Shown here: one piece after another, positions 60,833 to 64,000 of the stretch
How positions within the stretch are numbered: the first letter of the stretch is position 1
Layout: each line of letters starts with the position of its first letter
Source of the DNA: Tricharina praecox
Lineage: Eukaryota
Assembly: GCF_024521635.1 (NCBI RefSeq)
Contig: NW_026250405.1
Location: 310,001 to 374,000 of the forward strand
DNA: 64,000 bases
Reading direction: 5' to 3'
Made by a program: the position numbers and the translations under genes
The notes under the pieces: model-generated
Seen by the model: only the letters and a program-made list of their open reading frames with translations
Databases searched by the model: none
Told to the model about the DNA's origin: nothing

Positions 60833-61119
60833 GTTGGAGGCGGATATTCCTTGAGGGATATATTTGTAGATATAGGATAGATGCCGAATGGTCGTGGAAA
60901 TATGTGAAAATCACGGGAATTTGCACTTCTAGTGGAAAGTGTGTCTTGAACCATCAGAACCACAATACAATGCGTTAAACGCTTTCTTAGAACCTGGAGA
61001 CCGATTCCATCTAGTCACAGCCTAATCTGGGATGCTGGTGGTGGGACCGAGTGGGTGGATGAGTGGCAATTTCTGAGCTGAATTCGAAACTCCACGGCAA
61101 TGCGATCGATGGGATACCA

Positions 61120-62770
61120 AATTCATTTCCTCCCTCCTGTCACCGACAGCTCTCCCATCGCTCCGCCACACCGACTATGAACCAGGGACAAGGGAAGTAG
61201 CCGTGGATCGAGAGTGCAGTCAATTAAGCCGATACACCGTACTCGACGCAGAATGATCGCAAACTTTCGGAGAAGATTTAGTTCTCCGTCGAGTACGCAG
61301 ATTTGCCACTTCGTACGCCCAGTGCTACCGCGCCTAGCAGCAACCAACCCGCGAACTCAGTCAATGTCGTTCTCTCGCGCGGCGGCCAGAGGAACAACAT
61401 TTGGCCGATGGCACATGCATGCCTGACCTGCATGCATGGCCAGAGGCAAGACCTGTCAACTTTGAAAGGAAGAAAACCTCCACGTATAACATGGGGGGGT
61501 AGTAGGCCAAATTATACTTCTTTGGTTATTTGATCTCATCCAAAACCGTCCGTCGCCCGGTTTCGGAGAGGTGGGCCTTGGCCATGCATGTGGCATGTCT
61601 CTCACACATGACATGCATGGCCAGGAGGAAAGACCTTTGCTGTCACAGACTCACAGCAAAGGAAGAAAACCTCCGCATATAACTTGGGGGAATGGTAACC
61701 AAGTTATACTTCTTATTTTTTTCTTCCTCGTCACGAGACCGGCTGTCACCCGGTGTCGGCGAGGCCATCCACCGGGAGCAAGTCGGCAAGTCGAGTCTTG
61801 ACCGACGTGAACTCCCGGAGGAAGGGGGAAAGAATTTGTGCCGGCAGCACAAGAGAAAACCCCGTCCGTAGATCTTTTCTGCTAAGCCTGGAGGGTTGGA
61901 TCCGTCTCTTGCAACAGTGTGCTTTGTAACCAGTTGCACGGATCCCTCAGTTCCTCGCTGCTGCGGCTGAGCAGGATAGCTCTGTAAGGTTATCCTGGAA
62001 GTATAAAGTTGGGGGGAGAGAGAACGACGTACCTTGACGATTGAGCTCGGGCTTAGGTGGAAGGAAGGAGGGTGGATGGGTGGGCGGGTGGGGGGAAAGG
62101 AAGGAGGTAAGGAGGCTGGAAAGGAATGATCGATGGAGGGTGGGAAGGAAGGAAGAAAAGATGAATAGCCGAGGAGGAAAGGAAGCTGTGATGGTTGTAA
62201 AGAGAAGGAGAGAAGGAGGATCAGATGGCGGGTGGTTTTATAGGTGGTTTGGGGCGGCTAGTTTACATTCAGTTTCGCCGCCGCCAGACGGCTAGACCCC
62301 ACCAAAACTTGCTCGTCACTTGGAACGATCGAGAAAACGTGACGCAAATCGTTGGTGACGGGGTGGAAGTGTCGCCAGGCCGCTAGAACCGCACCAAAAC
62401 ATGCTCATCAGATGGATCGAGCGAGAAAATTTGACCCGCTGATCGCTGGAGACGGGTTAATCACCTCGCGCGCCGAACGTGTCACTGGTTCGGCTCTTCA
62501 AAGTTCAAACCGCCCAGTGCCCACTGCAGGTGCTCGCCGCGCACAAAGGCAATGTCGTTCTCTCACACAGCGGCCAGAGCAACAACACTTGACCTATGGC
62601 TATGAATACCTCACATGCATGGCCAAGAGGAAAGGCTTTTCAACTTTGAAAGAAAGAAGACCTCCGCGTACCTATAACATGGGGGTTTAGTAGGCCATGT
62701 TATGCGCGTATAGCTTGGGCCGGTAATAGACCAAGTTATACTCCTTTGTTTTTGTTGTTCTCGTCCGTAA
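61120..62770 (-). repeat. Modular dispersed repeat, minus-strand copy plus an extra subunit at 62540-62770
   Basis: Reverse complement of 61590-62090 is near-identical to 11000-11510 and 41360-41790. Confidence 0.92.
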
Positions 62771-64000
62771 CGTGAACTGTAACTTTAGCTTAAGAGGGTT
62801 CGCGAAGTCTCAGTCGTCGTCGCTCGCGAAGTGATGCGCGTTCACGGCGGCGTGCGAGTGGAAGTAGGTATGTAGGTGGAACGAAGACGTCATTTAGGTT
62901 GCCGACTGTATGTGAAGGTACCATCATCCCATCACTAATGGTCTCCTATGTTGGAATACATGTTCTCGGCTTTTAAAACCACCTCTTCACATAAAATCAC
63001 CCGCCGATGTCGCGAGTGAGTTACTATGAATGCGTGCTTCGTATGGCTGTTTCTTCATATGTCACTCGACTGTGGCTGCCATCGTATCGTTCATTTATTC
63101 CATAGTGGTTTAAAGCTGTGGACTCGCCAAAAATCTTCTAGACACTGCACTCATTTGTGCGTACGCAGTCACGCGACTGTGAACATTTACTCCAAGTAGA
63201 TAAGTATCTGCATTTTCTGCGGTGTAGTTGCAACAGAAGCAAGTCAAGCCAACGAGATTCGACATTGCGTAAAACAGCAATTTCATATCTATCATGATTC
63301 CATGCCACTTCCCTCAGTATTTAAGACTCATCATACACTCCAAAGTTCCATATCCACTGGTCGCTCGCTACCACGAACTTCGTGGAGAACTATCAGATGG
63401 TAGGCATCCGAGTGCATGTTGGTGAATCATATCGATTGCCATTTGCGGCGCATCATTGGGGACCTACTGAACCTAGCTACGTATAAGGACGGACGTCCCA
63501 TGATTATAAGTGATAATAAGGAGCGATTGTGAACGGGACAAGGAAGAAGGGAATGCTACGCATAGTGGGGGGATCGAGTCCTTTGGTTATTGAGTCCAAA
63601 CAGTCGTTCCGAGGACTATTGTATTATATTCTCCGGTTAGACTTGAAGCAGTTCACTCGTTGAAAATCCGAAAAAATAGTTTCGAGAGGGAAGAATAAAG
63701 CTGCTTCGCTCGTGCGCGTCAGATCCGTCTTCATCCCCAACGTGGTCGCCGCGATATCTTGAACCGCGCGACTCTTCAGCGTACGGTACATGCCACTTAC
63801 GCACATAGTGGGGTCAACACACAATGAAATCAACCCCACATTAAACGCGACCAGAAAGCCGTCTACCTAGAATATGCGCGACACGGACGCTGAGCTGACG
63901 CTTCAGTCGCTGCGGAACTCCAGAGTTTTCGTTGCCGCATTTGCGGCCGCGTTATCCGGGATAAGTGCCCCACCTAGGAATCATACCAGAAAACGTACCT

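Overview
Eukaryotic DNA from a filamentous ascomycete fungus. GT-AG introns with CTAAC/CTGAC branch points are seen directly; the Pezizomycete-like character is inference. Nine protein-coding genes are supported: a ZrfC/Zrt1-type ZIP zinc transporter, a Gpr1/Fun34/YaaH (AlcS-like) transporter, malic enzyme, two orphan proteins, a small secreted Cys-rich beta/gamma-crystallin-like protein, an S8 subtilisin, a cerato-platanin and an M28 leucine aminopeptidase. Much of the intergenic DNA is a nested repeat landscape: degenerate RNase H-bearing non-LTR (Tad1-like) retrotransposon 3' remnants, a Tc1/mariner-type MITE with TA duplications, and a pogo/Fot1-like foldback remnant. The most unusual element is an abundant non-coding modular repeat family (about 10 copies or fragments, both strands). 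Fuller copies carry a TATA box with a CT-rich leader, conserved very short intron-like units and a chain of hairpins with compensatory base changes. Two copies are fused to the LINE 3' tail in antisense, and one locus has a foldback arrangement. All calls were made by eye; no searches were run and repeat boundaries are approximate.
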